DNA of 64,000 nucleotides, from assembly GCA_030390025.1 (NCBI GenBank), contig CM059438.1, positions 67,892,001 to 67,956,000 on the forward strand, given 5' to 3'. Positions 30,001-45,000 of this stretch are shown piece after piece; the stretch's first letter is position 1; each line of letters begins with the position of its first letter. Position numbers and translations under genes: made by a program. This DNA is from Squalus acanthias (Eukaryota). The notes beneath the pieces are model-generated. The model had not been told where the DNA came from and searched no databases. It saw only the letters and a program-made list of their open reading frames with translations.

Positions 30001-33000
30001 GTCACAGGACAGAGAGTGCAGAGTGTCAGTTCAAAATGTCACAGGACAGAGAGTGGAGAGAGTGTCAGTTCAAACAGTCACAGGACAGAGAGTGGAGAGA
30101 GTCAGTTCAAACTGTCACAGGACAGAGAGTGCAGAGTGTCAGTTCAAAATGTCACAGGACAGAGAGTGGAGAGAGTGTCAGTTCAAACAGTCACAGGACA
30201 GAGAGTGGAGAGAGTCAGTTCAAACTGTCACAGGACTGAGTGTGGAGAGAGTCAGTTCAAACAGTCACAGGACAGAGAGTGGAGAGAGTCAGTTCAAACT
30301 GTCACAGGACAGAGAGTGGAGAGTGTCAGTTCAAACAGTCACAGGACAGAGAGTGGAGAGAGTCAGTTCAAACAGTCACAGGACAGAGAGTGGAGAGAGT
30401 CAGTTCAAACTGTCACAGGACAGAGTGGAGAGAGTGTCAGTTCAAATATTCACAGGACAGAGAGTGGAGAGAGTGTCAGCTTAAACTATCACAGGTCAGA
30501 GAGTGGAGAGTGTCAGTTCAAACTGTCACAGGACAGAGTGTGGAGAGAGTGTCAGCTTAAACTGTCACAGGACAGAGAGTGGAGAGAGTGTCAGTTCAAA
30601 CAGTCACAGGTCAGAGAGTGGAGAGAGTGTCAGTTCAAACAGTCACAGGACAGAGAGTGGAGAGAGTGTCAGTTCAAACAGTCACAGGACAGAGAGTGGA
30701 GAGAGTCAGTTCAAACAGTCACAGGACAGAGAGTGGAGAGAGTGTCAGCTTAAACTTTCACAGGACAGAGAGTGGAGAGTGTCAGTTCAAACAGTCACAG
30801 GACAGAGAGTGGAGAGAGTGTCAGCTTAAACTATCACAGGTCAGAGAGTGGAGAGAGTGTCAGTTCAAACTGTCACAGGACAGAGTGTGGAGAGAGTGTC
30901 AGCTTAAACTGTCACAGGACAGAGAGTGGAGAGAGTCAGTTCAAACTGTCACAGGACAGAGAGTGGAGAGAGTGTCAGCTTAAACTGTCACAGGACAGAG
31001 AGTGGAGAGTGTCAGTTCAAACAGTCACAGGACAGAGTGTGGAGAGAGTGTCAGCTTAAACTGTCACAGGACAGAGAGTGGAGAGAGTCAGTTCAAACTG
31101 TCACAGGACAGAGAGTGGAGAGTGTCAGTTCAAACAGTCACAGGACAGAGTGTGGAGAGAGTGTCAGCTTAAACTGTCACAGGACAGAGAGTGGAGCGAG
31201 TCAGTTCAAACTGTCACGAGACAGAGAGTGGAGAGTGTGTCAGCTTAAACTTTCAGAGGACAGAGAGTGGAGAGTGTCAGTTCAAACAGTCACAGCACAG
31301 AGAGTGGAGAGAGTGTCAGCTTAAACTATCACAGGTCAGAGAGTGAGAGAGAGTCAGTTCAAACTGTCACAGGACAGAGAGTGGAGAGAGTGTCAGCTTA
31401 AACTGTCACAGGACACAGAGTGGAGAGAGTCAGTTCAAACTGTCACAGGACAGAAAGTGCGGAGTGTCAGTTCAAACAGTCACAGGACAGAGAGTGGAGA
31501 GAGTCAGTTCAAACTGTCACAGGACAGAGAGTGGAGAGTGTCAGTTCAAACAGTCACAGGACAGAGAGTGGAGAGAGTCAGTTCAAACTGTCACAGGACA
31601 GAGAGTGGAGAGAGTCAGTTTAAACAGTCACAGAACAGAGAGTGGAGAGAGTGTCAGTTCAAACTGTCACAGGACAGAGAGTGGTGAGAGTCAGTTCAAA
31701 CTGTCACAGGACAGAGAGTGGAGAGTGTGTCAGCTTAAACTGTCACAGGACAGAGAGTGGAGTGAGTCAGTTCAAACTGTCACAGGACAGAGAGTGGAGA
31801 GAGTCAGTTCAAACTGTCACAGGACAGAGTGGAGAGAGTGTCAGTTCAAACTGTCACAGGACAGAGAGTGGAGAGAGTCAGTTCAAACAGTCACAGGACA
31901 GAGAGTGGAGAGAGTGTCAGCTTAAACTGTCACAGGACAGAGAGTGGAGTGAGTCAGTTCAAACTGTCACAGGACAGAGAGTGGAGAGAGTCAGTTCAAA
32001 CTGTCACAGGACAGAGTGGAGAGAGTGTCAGTTCAAACTGTCACAGGACAGAGAGTGGAGAGAGTGTCAGTTCAAACAGTCACATGACAGAGAGTGGAGA
32101 GAGTCAGTTCAAACTGTCACAGGACAGAGAGTGGAGAGTGTCAGCTTAAACTTTCACAGGACAGAGAGTGGAGAGAGTCAGTTCAAACTGTCACAGGACA
32201 GAGAGTGGAGAGTGTCAGTTCAAACAGTCACAGGACAGAGAGTGGAGAGAGTCAGTTCAAACTGTTACAGGACAGAGAGTGGAGAGTGTCAGTTCAAACA
32301 GTCACAGGACAGAGAGTGGAGAGAGTGTCAGTTCAAACAGTCACAGGACAGAGAGTGGAGAGAGTGTCAGCTTAAACTGTCACAGGACAGAGAGTGGAGT
32401 GAGTCAGTTCAAACTGTCACAGGACAGAGAGTGGAGAGAGTGTCAGCTTAAACTGTCACAGGACAGAGAGTGGAGAGAGTGTCAGCTTAAACTTTCACAG
32501 GACAGAGAGTGGAGAGAGTGTCAGTTCAAACTGTCACAGGACAGAGTGTGGAGAGAGTGTCAGCTTAAACTGTCACAGGACAGAGAGTGGAGCGTTTCAG
32601 TTCAAACTGTCACAGGACAGAGAGTGGAGAGAGTGTCAGTTCAAACTGTCACAGGACAGAGAGTGGAGAGAGTCAGTTCAAACAGTCACAGGACAGAGAG
32701 TGGAGAGTGTCAGTTCAAACAGTCACAGGACAGAGAGTGGAGAGAGTGACAGTTCAAACAGTCACAGGACAGAGAGTGGAGAGAGTCAGTTCAAACAGTC
32801 ACAGGACAGAGAGTGGAGAGAGTGTCAGTTCAAACAGTCACAGGACAGAGAGTGGAGCGAGTCAGTTCAAACTGTCACAGGATAGAGAGTGGAGAGAGTG
32901 TCAGCTTAAACTGTCACAGGACAGAGTGTGGAGAGAGTCAGTTCAAACTGTCACAGGACAGAGAGTGGAGAGAGTGTCAGTTCAAACAGTCACAGGACGG

Positions 33001-36000
33001 AGAGTGGAGAGTGTCAGTTCAAACAGTCACAGGACAGAGAGTGGAGAGAGTGTCAGTTCAAACAGTCACAGGACGGAGAGTGGAGAGTGTCAGTTCAAAC
33101 AGTCACAGGACAGAGAGTGGAGAGAGAGTCAGTTCAAACTGTCACAGGACAGAGAGTGGAGAGTGTCAGCTTAAACTGTCACAGGACAGAGAGTGGAGAG
33201 TGTCAGCTTAAACTGTCACAGGACAGAGAGTGGAGAGAGTCAGTTCAAACTGTCACAGGACAGAGAGTGGAGAGAGAGTCAGCTTAAACTGTCACAGGAC
33301 AGAGAGTGGAGAGAGAGTCAGCTTAAACTGTCACAGGACAGAGAGTGGAGAGTGTCAGCTTAAACTGTCACAGGACAGAGAGTGGAGAGAGTGTCAGTTC
33401 AAACAGTCACAGGACAGAGAGTGGAGAGAGTGTCAGTTCAAACAGTCACAGGACAGAGAGTGGAGAGAGTGTCAGTTCAAACAGTCACAGGACAGAGAGT
33501 GGAGAGAGTGTCAGTTCAAACAGTCACAGGACAGAGTGTAGAGTGTCAGCTTAAACTGTCACAGGACAGAGAGTGGAGACAGTGTCAGTTCAAACAGTCA
33601 CAGGACAGAGAGTGGAGAGAGTGTCAGTTCAAACAGTCACAGGACGGAGAGTGGAGAGTGTCAGTTCAAACAGTCACAGGACAGAGAGTGGAGAGTGTCA
33701 GTTGAAACAGTCACAGGACAGAGAGTGGAGAGTGTCAGTTCAAACAGTCACAGGACAGAGAGTGGAGAGAGTGTCAGTTCAAACTGTCACAGGACAGAGT
33801 TTGGAGAGAGTGTCAGCTTAAACTGTCACAGGTCAGAGAGTGGAGAGAGTGTCAGTTCAAACTGTCACAGGACAGAGTTTGGAGAGAGTGTCAGCTTAAA
33901 CTGTCACAGGACAGAGAGTGGAGAGAGTCAGTTCAAACTGTCACAGGACAGAGAGTGGAGAGAGTGTCAGCTTAAACTGTCACAGGACAGAGAGTGGAGA
34001 GTGTCAGTTCAAACAGTCACAGGACAGAGTGTGGAGAGAGTGTCAGCTTAAACTGTCACAGGACAGAGAGTGGAGAGTGTCAGTTCAAACAGTCACAGGA
34101 CAGAGTGTGGAGAGAGTGTCAGCTTAAACTGTCACAGGACAGAGAGTGGAGAGAGTCAGTTCAAACAGTCACAGGACAGAGTGTGGAGAGAGTCAGTTCA
34201 AACAGTCACAGCACAGAGAGTGGAGAGAGTGTCAGCTTAAACTATCACAGGTCAGAGAGTGGAGAGAGTGTCAGTTCAAACTGTCACAGGACAGAGTGTG
34301 GAGAGAGTGTCAGCTTAAACTGTCACAGGACACAGAGTGGAGAGAGTCAGTTCAAACTGTCACAGGACAGAAAGTGCGGAGTGTCAGTTCAAACAGTCAC
34401 AGGACAGAGAGTGGAGAGAGTCAGTTCAAACAGTCACAGGACAGAGAGTGGAGAGAGTCAGTTCAAACTGTCACAGGACAGAGAGTGGTGAGAGTCAGTT
34501 CAAACTGTCACAGGACAGAGTGGAGAGAGTGTCAGTTCAAACAGTCACAGGACAGAGAGTGGAGAGAGTGTCAGTTCAAACAGTCACAGGACAGAGAGTG
34601 GAGAGTGTCAGCTTTAACTGTCACAGGACAGAGAGTGGAGAGTGTCAGTTCAAACTGTCACAGGACAGAGAGTGGAGAGAGACAGTTCAAACAGTCACAG
34701 GACAGAGAGTGGAGAGAGACAGTTCAAACTGTCACTGGACAGAGAGTGGAGAGAGCCAGTTCAAACAGTCACAGGACAGAGAGTGGAGAGTGTCAGTTCA
34801 AACAGTCACAGGACAGAGAGTGGAGAGTGTCAGTTCAAACAGTCACAGGACAGAGAGTGGAGAGAGTGACAGTTCAAACAGTCACAGGACAGAGAGTGGA
34901 GAGAGTCAGTTCAAACAGTCACAGGACAGAGAGTGGAGAGAGTGTCAGTTCAAACAGTCACAGGACAGAGAGTGGAGCGAGTCAGTTCAAACTGTCACAG
35001 GACAGAGAGTGGAGAGAGTGTCAGCTTAAACTGTCACAGGACAGAGAGTGGAGAGTGTCAGTTCAAACAGTCACAGGACGGAGAGTGGAGAGTGTCAGTT
35101 CAAACAGTCACAGGACCGAGAGTGGAGAGAGTGTCAGTTCAAACAGTCACAGGACGGAGAGTGGAGAGTGTCAGTTCAAACAGTCACAGGACAGAGAGTG
35201 GAGAGAGAGTCAGTTCAAACTGTCACAGGACAGAGAGTGGAGAGTGTCAGCTTAAACTGTCACAGGACAGAGAGTGGAGAGTGTCAGCTTAAACTGTCAC
35301 AGGACAGAGAGTGGAGAGAGAGTCAGCTTAAACTGTCACAGGACAGAGAGTGGAGAGAGAGTCAGCTTAAACTGTCACAGGACAGAGAGTGGAGAGAGAG
35401 TCAGCTTAAACTGTCACAGGACAGAGAGTGGAGAGAGAGTCAGCTTAAACTGTCACAGGACAGAGAGTGGAGAGTGTCAGCTTAAACTGTCACAGGACAG
35501 AGAGTGGAGAGAGTCAGTTCAAACAGTCACAGGACAGAGTGTAGAGTGTCAGCTTAAACTGTCACAGGACAGAGAGTGGAGACAGTGTCAGTTCAAACAG
35601 TCACAGGACAGAGAGTGGAGAGAGTGTCAGTTCAAACAGTCACAGGACAGAGAGTGGAGAGTGTCAGTTGAAACAGTCACAGGACAGAGAGTGGAGAGAG
35701 TCAGTTCAAACAGTCACAGGACAGAGAGTGGAGAGAGTCAGTTCAAGCAGTCACAGGACAGAGAGTGGAGAGTGTCAGTTCAAACAGTCACAGGACAGAG
35801 AGTGGAGAGAGTGTCAGTTCAAACAGTCACAGGACAGAGAGTGGAGAGTGTCAGTTCAAACAGTCACAGGACAGAGAGTGGAGAGAGTCAGTTCAAACAG
35901 TCACAGGACAGAGAGTGGAGAGAGTGTCAGTTCAAACAGTCACAGGACAGAGAGTGGAGAGTGTCAGCTTTAACTGTCACAGGACAGAGAGTGGAGAGAG

Positions 36001-39000
36001 AGTCAGTTCAAACTGTCACAGGACAGAGAGTGGAGCGAGTCAGTTCAAACTGTCACAGGACAGAGAGTGGAGAGAGTGTCAGCTTAAACTGTCACAGGAC
36101 AGAGAGTGGAGAGAGTCAGTTCAAACAGTCACAGGACAGAGAGTGGAGAGAGTGTCAGTTCAAACAGTCACAGGACAGAGAGTGGAGAGAGAGTCAGTTC
36201 AAACTGTCACAGGACAGAGAGTGGAGAGAGTGTCAGTTCAAACTGTCACAGGACAGAGAGTGGAGAGAGAGTCAGCTTAAACTGTCACAGGACAGAGAGT
36301 GGAGAGAGTCAGTTCAAACAGTCACAGGACAGAGTGTAGAGTGTCAGCTTAAACTGTCACAGGACAGAGAGTGGAGAGAGTGTCAGTTCAAACAGTCACA
36401 GGACAGAGAGTGGAGAGAGTGTCAGTTCAAACAGTCACAGGACAGAGAGTGGAGAGTGTCAGTTCAAACAGTCACAGGACAGAGTGTAGAGTGTCAGCTT
36501 AAACTGTCACAGGACAGAGAGTGGAGACAGTGTCAGTTCAAACAGTCACAGGACAGAGAGTGGAGAGAGTGTCAGTTCAAACAGTCACAGGACAGAGAGT
36601 GGAGAGTGTCAGTTGAAACAGTCACAGGACAGAGAGTGGAGAGAGTCAGTTCAAACAGTCACAGGACAGAGTGTAGAGTGTCAGCTTAAACTGTCACAGG
36701 ACAGAGAGTGGAGACAGTGTCAGTTCAAACAGTCACAGGACAGAGAGTGGAGAGTGTCAGTTGAAACAGTCACAGGACAGAGAGTGGAGAGAGTCAGTTC
36801 AAACTGTCACAGGACAGAGAGTGGAGAGTGTCAGTTCAAACAGTCACAGGACAGAGAGTGGAGAGAGTCAGTTCAAACTGTCACAGGACAGAGAGTGGAG
36901 AGTGTCAGTTCAAACAGTCACAGGACAGAGAGTGGAGAGAGTCAGTTCAAACAGTCACAGGACAGAGAGTGGAGAGAGTGTCAGTTCAAACAGTCACAGG
37001 ACAGAGAGTGGAGAGTGTCAGTTCAAACAGTCACAGGACAGAGAGTGGAGAGAGTCAGTTCAAACTGTCACAGGACAGAGAGTGGAGAGTGTCAGTTCAA
37101 ACAGTCACAGGACAGAGAGTTGAGAGAGTCAGTTCAAACAGTCACAGGACAGAGAGTGGAGAGAGTGTCAGTTCAAACAGTCACAGGACAGAGAGTGGAG
37201 AGAGTGTCAGTTCAAACAGTCACAGGACAGAGAGTGGAGAGAGTGTCAGTTCAAACAGTCACAGGACAGAGAGTGGAGAGAGTGTCAGTTCAAACAGTCA
37301 CAGGACAGAGAGTGGAGAGTGTGTCAGTTCAAACAGTCACAGGACAGAGAGTGGAGAGTGTCAGTTCAAACTGTCACAGGACAGAGAGTGGAGAGTGTCA
37401 GCTTTAACTGTCACAGGACAGAGAGTGGAGAGAGAGTCAGTTCAAACTGTCACAGGACAGAGAGTGGAGAGAGTGTCAGCTTTAACTGTCACAGGACAGA
37501 GAGTGGAGAGAGTGTCAGTTCAAACTGTCACAGGACAGAGAGTGGAGAGAGTGTCAGCTTAAACTGTCACAGGACAGAGAGTGGTGAGAGTCAGTTCAAA
37601 CTGTCACAGGACAGAGAGTGGAGAGTGTCAGTTCAAACAGTCACAGGACAGAGAGTGGAGAGAGTCAGTTCAAACAGTCACAGGACAGAGAGTGGAGAGT
37701 GTCAGTTCAAACAGTCACAGGACAGAGAGTGGAGAGAGTGTCAGTTCAAACAGTCACAGGACAGAGAGTGGAGAGAGTCAGTTCAAACAGTCACAGGACA
37801 GAGAGTGGAGAGAGTCAGTTCAAACAGTCACAGGACAGAGAGTGGAGAGAGTGTCAGTTCAAACAGTCACAGGACAGAGAGTGGAGAGAGTCAGTTCAAA
37901 CTGTCACAGGACAGAGAGTGGAGAGTGTCAGCTTAAACTGTCACAGGACAGAGAGTGGAGAGTGTCAGCTTAAACTGTCACAGGACAGAGAGTGGAGAGA
38001 GAGTCAGTTCAAACTGTCACAGGACAGAGAGTGGAGAGAGAGTCAGCTTAAACTGTCACAGGACAGAGAGTGGAGAGAGAGTCAGCTTAAACTGTCACAG
38101 GACAGAGAGTGGAGAGTGTCAGCTGAAACTGTCACAGGACAGAGAGTGGAGAGAGTGTCAGTTCAAACAGTCACAGGACAGAGAGTGGAGAGAGTGTCAG
38201 TTCAAACAGTCACAGGACAGAGTGTAGAGTGTCAGCTTAAACTGTCACAGGACAGAGAGTGGAGACAGTGTCAGTTCAAACAGTCACAGGACAGAGAGTG
38301 GAGAGAGTGTCAGTTCAAACAGTCACAGGACGGAGAGTGGAGAGTGTCAGTTCAAACAGTCACAGGACAGAGAGTGGAGAGTGTCAGTTGAAACAGTCAC
38401 AGGACAGAGAGTGGAGAGAGTGTCAGCTTAAACTATCACAGGTCAGAGAGTGGAGAGAGTGTCAGTTCAAACTGTCACAGGACAGAGTGTGGAGAGAGTG
38501 TCAGCTTAAACTGTCACAGGACAGAGAGTGGAGAGAGTCAGTTCAAACTGTCACAGGACAGAGAGTGGAGAGAGTGTCAGCTTAAACTGTCACAGGACAG
38601 AGAGTGGAGAGTGTCAGTTCAAACAGTCACAGGACAGAGTGTGGAGAGAGTGTCAGCTTAAACTGTCACAGGACAGAGAGTGGAGAGAGTCAGTTCAAAC
38701 AGTCACAGGACAGAGAGTGGAGAGTGTCAGTTCAAACAGTCACAGGACAGAGAGTGGAGAGAGTGTCAGTTCAAACAGTCACAGGACAGAGAGTGGAGAG
38801 AGTCAGTTCAAACAGTCACAGGACAGAGAGTGGAGAGAGTCAGTTCAAACAGTCACAGGACAGAGAGTGGAGAGTGTCAGCTTAAACTGTCACAGGACAG
38901 AGAGTGGAGAGTGTCAGCTTAAACTGTCACAGGACAGAGAGTGGAGAGAGAGTCAGTTCAAACTGTCACAGGACAGAGAGTGGAGAGAGAGTCAGCTTAA

Positions 39001-42000
39001 ACTGTCACAGGACAGAGAGTGGAGAGAGAGTCAGTTCAAACAGTCACAGGACAGAGAGTGGAGAGAGAGTCAGTTCAAACAGTCACAGGACAGAGAGTGG
39101 AGAGAGTGTCAGTTCAAACAGTCACAGGACAGAGAGTGGAGAGAGAGTCAGTTCAAACTGTCACAGGACAGAGAGTGGAGAGTGTCAGCTTAAACTGTCA
39201 CAGGACAGAGAGTGGAGAGTGTCAGCTTAAACTGTCACAGGACAGAGAGTGGAGACAGTGTCAGTTCAAACAGTCACAGGACAGAGAGTGGAGAGAGTGT
39301 CAGTTCAAACAGTCACAGGACGGAGAGTGGAGAGTGTCAGTTGAAACAGTCACAGGACAGAGAGTGGAGAGAGTGTCAGCTTGAACTATCACAGGTCAGA
39401 GAGTGGAGAGAGTGTCAGTTCAAACTGTCACAGGACAGAGTGTGGAGAGAGTGTCAGCTTAAACTGTCACAGGACAGAGAGTGGAGAGAGTCAGTTCAAA
39501 CTGTCACAGGACAGAGAGTGGAGAGAGTGTCAGCTTAAACTGTCACAGGACAGAGAGTGGAGAGTGTCAGTTCAAACAGTCACAGGACAGAGTGTGGAGA
39601 GAGTGTCAGCTTAAACTGTCACAGGACAGAGAGTGGAGAGAGTCAGTTCAAACAGTCACAGGACAGAGAGTGGAGAGTGTCAGTTCAAACAGTCACAGGA
39701 CAGAGAGTGGAGAGAGTGTCAGTTCAAACAGTCACAGGACAGAGAGTGGAGAGAGTCAGTTCAAACAGTCACAGGACAGAGAGTGGAGAGAGTCAGTTCA
39801 AACAGTCACAGGACAGAGAGTGGAGAGAGTGTCAGTTCAAACAGTCACAGGACAGAGAGTGGAGAGAGTCAGTTCAAACTGTCACAGGACAGAGAGTGGA
39901 GAGTGTCAGCTTAAACTGTCACAGGACAGAGAGTGGAGAGTGTCAGCTTAAACTGTCACAGGACAGAGAGTGGAGAGAGTCAGTTCAAACTGTCACAGGA
40001 CAGAGAGTGGAGAGAGAGTCAGCTTAAACTGTCACAGGACAGAGAGTGGAGAGTGTCAGCTTAAACTGTCACAGGACAGAGAGTGGAGAGAGTGTCAGTT
40101 CAAACAGTCACAGGACAGAGAGTAGAGAGAGTCAGTTCAAACTGTCACAGGACAGAGAGTGGAGAGTGTCAGCTTAAACTGTCACAGGACAGAGAGTGGA
40201 GAGAGTGTCAGTTCAAACAGTCACAGGACAGAGAGTAGAGAGAGTGTCAGTTCAAACAGTCACAGGACAGAGAGTGGAGAGAGTGTCAGTTCAAACAGTC
40301 ACAGGACAGAGAGTGGAGAGAGTGTCAGTTCAAACAGTCACAGGACAGAGTGTAGAGAGTGTCAGTTCAAACAGTCACAGGACAGAGAGTGGAGAGAGTG
40401 TCAGTTCAAACAGTCACAGGACGGAGAGTGGAGAGTGTCAGTTCAAACAGTCACAGGACAGAGAGTGGAGAGTGTCAGTTGAAACAGTCACAGGACAGAG
40501 AGTGGAGAGTGTCAGTTCAAACAGTCACAGGACAGAGAGTGGAGAGAGTGTCAGCTTAAACTATCACAGGTCAGAGAGTGGAGAGAGTGTCAGTTCAAAC
40601 TGTCACAGGACAGAGTGTGGAGAGAGTGTCAGCTTAAACTGTCACAGGACAGAGAGTGGAGAGAGTCAGTTCAAACTGTCACAGGACAGAGAGTGGAGAG
40701 AGTGTCAGCTTAAACTGTCACAGGACAGAGAGTGGAGAGTGTCAGTTCAAACAGTCACAGGACAGAGTGTGGAGAGAGTGTCAGCTTAAACTGTCACAGG
40801 ACAGAGAGTGGAGAGAGTCAGTTCAAACAGTCACAGGACAGAGTGTGGAGAGAGTCAGTTCAAACAGTCACAGCACAGAGAGTGGAGAGAGTGTCAGCTT
40901 AAACTATCACAGGTCAGAGAGTGGAGAGAGTGTCAGTTCAAACTGTCACAGGACAGAGTGTGGAGAGAGTGTCAGCTTAAACTGTCACAGGACACAGAGT
41001 GGAGAGTGTCAGTTCAAACTGTCACAGGACAGAAAGTGCGGAGTGTCAGTTCAAACAGTCACAGGACAGAGAGTGGAGAGAGTCAGTTCAAACTGTCACA
41101 GGACAGAGAGTGGAGAGTGTCAGTTCAAACAGTCACAGGACAGAGAGTGGAGAGAGTCAGTTCAAACTGTCACAGGACAGAGAGTGGAGAGAGTCAGTTC
41201 AAACTGTCACAGGACAGAGAGTGGAGAGTGTCAGCTTTAACTGTCACAGGACAGAGAGTGGAGAGAGTCAGTTCAAACTGTCACAGGACAGAGAGTGGAG
41301 AGAGTGTCAGTTCAAACTGTCACAGGACAGAGAGTGGAGAGAGTGTCAGCTTAAACTGTCACAGGACAGAGAGTGGAGAGAGTGTCAGTTCAAACAGTCA
41401 CAGGACGGAGAGTGGAGAGAGAGTCAGTTCAAACTGTCACAGGACAGAGAGTGGAGAGAGTGTCAGTTCGAACTGTCACAGGACAGAGAGTGGAGAGAGA
41501 GTCAGCTTAAACTGTCACAGGACAGAGAGTGGAGACAGTGTCAGTTCAAACAGTCACAGGACAGAGAGTGGAGAGTGTCAGTTGAAACAGTCACAGGACA
41601 GAGAGTGGAGAGAGTCAGTTCAAACAGTCACAGGACAGAGTGTAGAGTGTCAGCTTAAACTGTCACAGGACAGAGAGTGGAGACAGTGTCAGTTCAAACT
41701 GTCACAGGACAGAGAGTGGAGAGTGTCAGTTCAAACTGTCACAGGACAGAGAGTGGAGAGAGACAGTTCAAACAGTCACAGGACAGAGAGTGGAGAGAGA
41801 CAGTTCAAACTGTCACTGGACAGAGAGTGGAGAGAGCCAGTTCAAACAGTCACAGGACAGAGAGTGGAGAGTGTCAGTTCAAACAGTCACAGGACAGAGA
41901 GTGGAGAGAGTGACAGTTCAAACAGTCACAGGACAGAGAGTGGAGAGAGTCAGTTCAAACAGTCACAGGACAGAGAGTGGAGAGAGTGTCAGTTCAAACA

Positions 42001-45000
42001 GTCACAGGACAGAGAGTGGAGAGTGTCAGTTGAAACAGTCACAGGACAGAGAGTGGAGAGTGTCAGTTCAAACAGTCACAGGACAGAGAGTGGAGAGAGT
42101 GACAGTTCAAACAGTCACAGGACAGAGAGTGGAGCGAGTCAGTTCAAACTGTCACAGGACAGAGAGTGGAGAGAGTGTCAGCTTAAACTGTCACAGGACA
42201 GAGAGTGGAGAGAGTCAGTTCAAACTGTCACAGGACAGAGAGTGGAGAGAGTGTCAGTTCAAACAGTCACAGGACGGAGAGTGGAGAGTGTCAGTTCAAA
42301 CAGTCACAGGACAGAGAGTGGAGAGAGTGTCAGTTCAAACAGTCACAGGACGGAGAGTGGAGAGTGTCAGTTCAAACAGTCACAGGACAGAGAGTGGAGA
42401 GAGAGTCAGTTCAAACTGTCACAGGACAGAGAGTGGAGAGTGTCAGCTTAAACTGTCACAGGACAGAGAGTGGAGAGTGTCAGCTTAAACTGTCACAGGA
42501 CAGAGAGTGGAGAGAGAGTCAGTTCAAACTGTCACAGGACAGAGAGTGGAGAGAGAGTCAGCTTAAACTGTCACAGGACAGAGAGTGGAGAGAGTGTCAG
42601 CTTAAACTGTCACAGGACAGAGAGTGGAGAGTGTCAGTTCAAACAGTCACAGGACAGAGTGTGGAGAGAGTGTCAGCTTAAACTGTCACAGGACAGAGAG
42701 TGGAGAGAGTCAGTTCAAACAGTCACAGGACAGAGTGTGGAGAGAGTCAGTTCAAACAGTCACAGCACAGAGAGTGGAGAGAGTGTCAGCTTAAACTATC
42801 ACAGGTCAGAGAGTGGAGAGAGTGTCAGTTCAAACTGTCACAGGACAGAGTGTGGAGAGAGTGTCAGCTTAAACTGTCACAGGACACAGAGTGGAGAGTG
42901 TCAGTTTAAACTGTCACAGGACAGAAAGTGCGGAGTGTCAGTTCAAACAGTCACAGGACAGAGAGTGGAGAGAGTCAGTTCAAACAGTCACAGGACAGAG
43001 AGTGGAGAGAGTCAGTTCAAACTGTCACAGGACAGAGAGTGGAGAGAGTCAGTTCAAACTGTCACAGGACAGAGAGTGGAGAGAGTGTCAGTTCAAACAG
43101 TCACAGGACAGAGAGTGGAGAGTGTCAGCTTTAACTGTCACAGGACAGAGAGTGGAGAGAGAGTCAGTTCAAACTGTCACAGGACAGAGAGTGGAGAGAG
43201 TGTCAGTTCAAACTGTCACAGGACAGAGAGTGGAGAGAGTGTCAGCTTAAACTGTCACAGGACAGAGAGTGGAGAGAGTGTCAGTTCAAACAGTCACAGG
43301 ACGGAGAGTGGAGAGTGTCAGTTCAAACAGTCACAGGACAGAGAGTGGAGAGAGAGTCAGTTCAAACTGTCACAGGACAGAGAGTGGAGAGAGTGTCAGT
43401 TCAAACTGTCACAGGACAGAGAGTGGAGAGAGAGTCAGCTTAAACTGTCACAGGACAGAGAGTGGAGAGAGTCAGTTCAAACAGTCACAGGACAGAGTGT
43501 GGAGACAGTGTCAGTTCAAACAGTCACAGGACAGAGAGTGGAGAGAGTCAGTTCAAACAGTCACAGGACAGAGAGTGGAGAGTGTCAGTTCAAACAGTCA
43601 CAGGACAGAGTGTAGAGTGTCAGCTTAAACTGTCACAGGACAGAGAGTGGAGACAGTGTCAGTTCAAACAGTCACAGGACAGAGAGTGGAGAGAGTGTCA
43701 GTTGAAACAGTCACAGGACAGAGAGTGGAGAGAGTCAGTTCAAACTGTCACAGGACAGAGAGTGGAGAGAGACAGTTCAAAGAGTCACAGGACAGAGAGT
43801 GGAGAGAGACAGTTCAAACTGTCACTGGACAGAGAGTGGAGAGAGTGTCAGTTCAAACAGTCACAGGACAGAGTGTGGAGACAGTGTCAGTTCAAACAGT
43901 CACAGGACAGAGAGTGGAGAGAGTCAGTTCAAACAGTCACAGGACAGAGAGTGGAGAGTGTCAGTTCAAACAGTCACAGGACAGAGTGTAGAGTGTCAGC
44001 TTAAACTGTCACAGGACAGAGAGTGGAGACAGTGTCAGTTCAAACAGTCACAGGACAGAGAGTGGAGAGAGTGTCAGTTGAAACAGTCACAGGACAGAGA
44101 GTGGAGAGAGTCAGTTCAAACTGTCACAGGACAGAGAGTGGAGAGAGACAGTTCAAAGAGTCACAGGACAGAGAGTGGAGAGAGACAGTTCAAACTGTCA
44201 CTGGACAGAGAGTGGAGAGAGTGTCAGTTGAAACAGTCACAGGACAGAGAGTGGAGAGTGTCAGTTCAAACTGTCACAGGACAGAGAGTGGAGAGAGACA
44301 GTTCAAACAGTCACAGGACAGAGAGTGGAGAGAGACAGTTCAAACTGTCACTGGACAGAGAGTGGAGAGAGCCAGTTCAAACAGTCACAGGACAGAGAGT
44401 GGAGAGTGTCAGTTCAAACAGTCACAGGACAGAGAGTGGAGAGAGTGACAGTTCAAACAGTCACAGGACAGAGAGTGGAGAGAGTCAGTTCAAACAGTCA
44501 CAGGACAGAGAGTGGAGAGAGTGTCAGTTCAAACAGTCACAGGACAGAGAGTGGAGCGAGTCAGTTCAAACTGTCACAGGACAGAGAGTGGAGAGAGTCA
44601 GTTCAAACTGTCACAGGACAGAGAGTGGAGAGAGTGTCAGTTCAAACAGTCACAGGACGGAGAGTGGAGAGTGTCAGTTCAAACAGTCACAGGACAGAGA
44701 GTGGAGAGAGTGTCAGTTCAAACAGTCACAGGACGGAGAGTGGAGAGTGTCAGTTCAAACAGTCACAGGACAGAGAGTGGAGAGAGAGTCAGTTCAAACT
44801 GTCACAGGACAGAGAGTGGAGAGTGTCAGCTTAAACTGTCACAGGACAGAGAGTGGAGAGTGTCAGCTTAAACTGTCACAGGACAGAGAGTGGAGAGAGA
44901 GTCAGTTCAAACTGTCACAGGACAGAGAGTGGAGAGAGAGTCAGCTTAAACTGTCACAGGACAGAGAGTGGAGAGAGAGTCAGCTTAAACTGTCACAGGA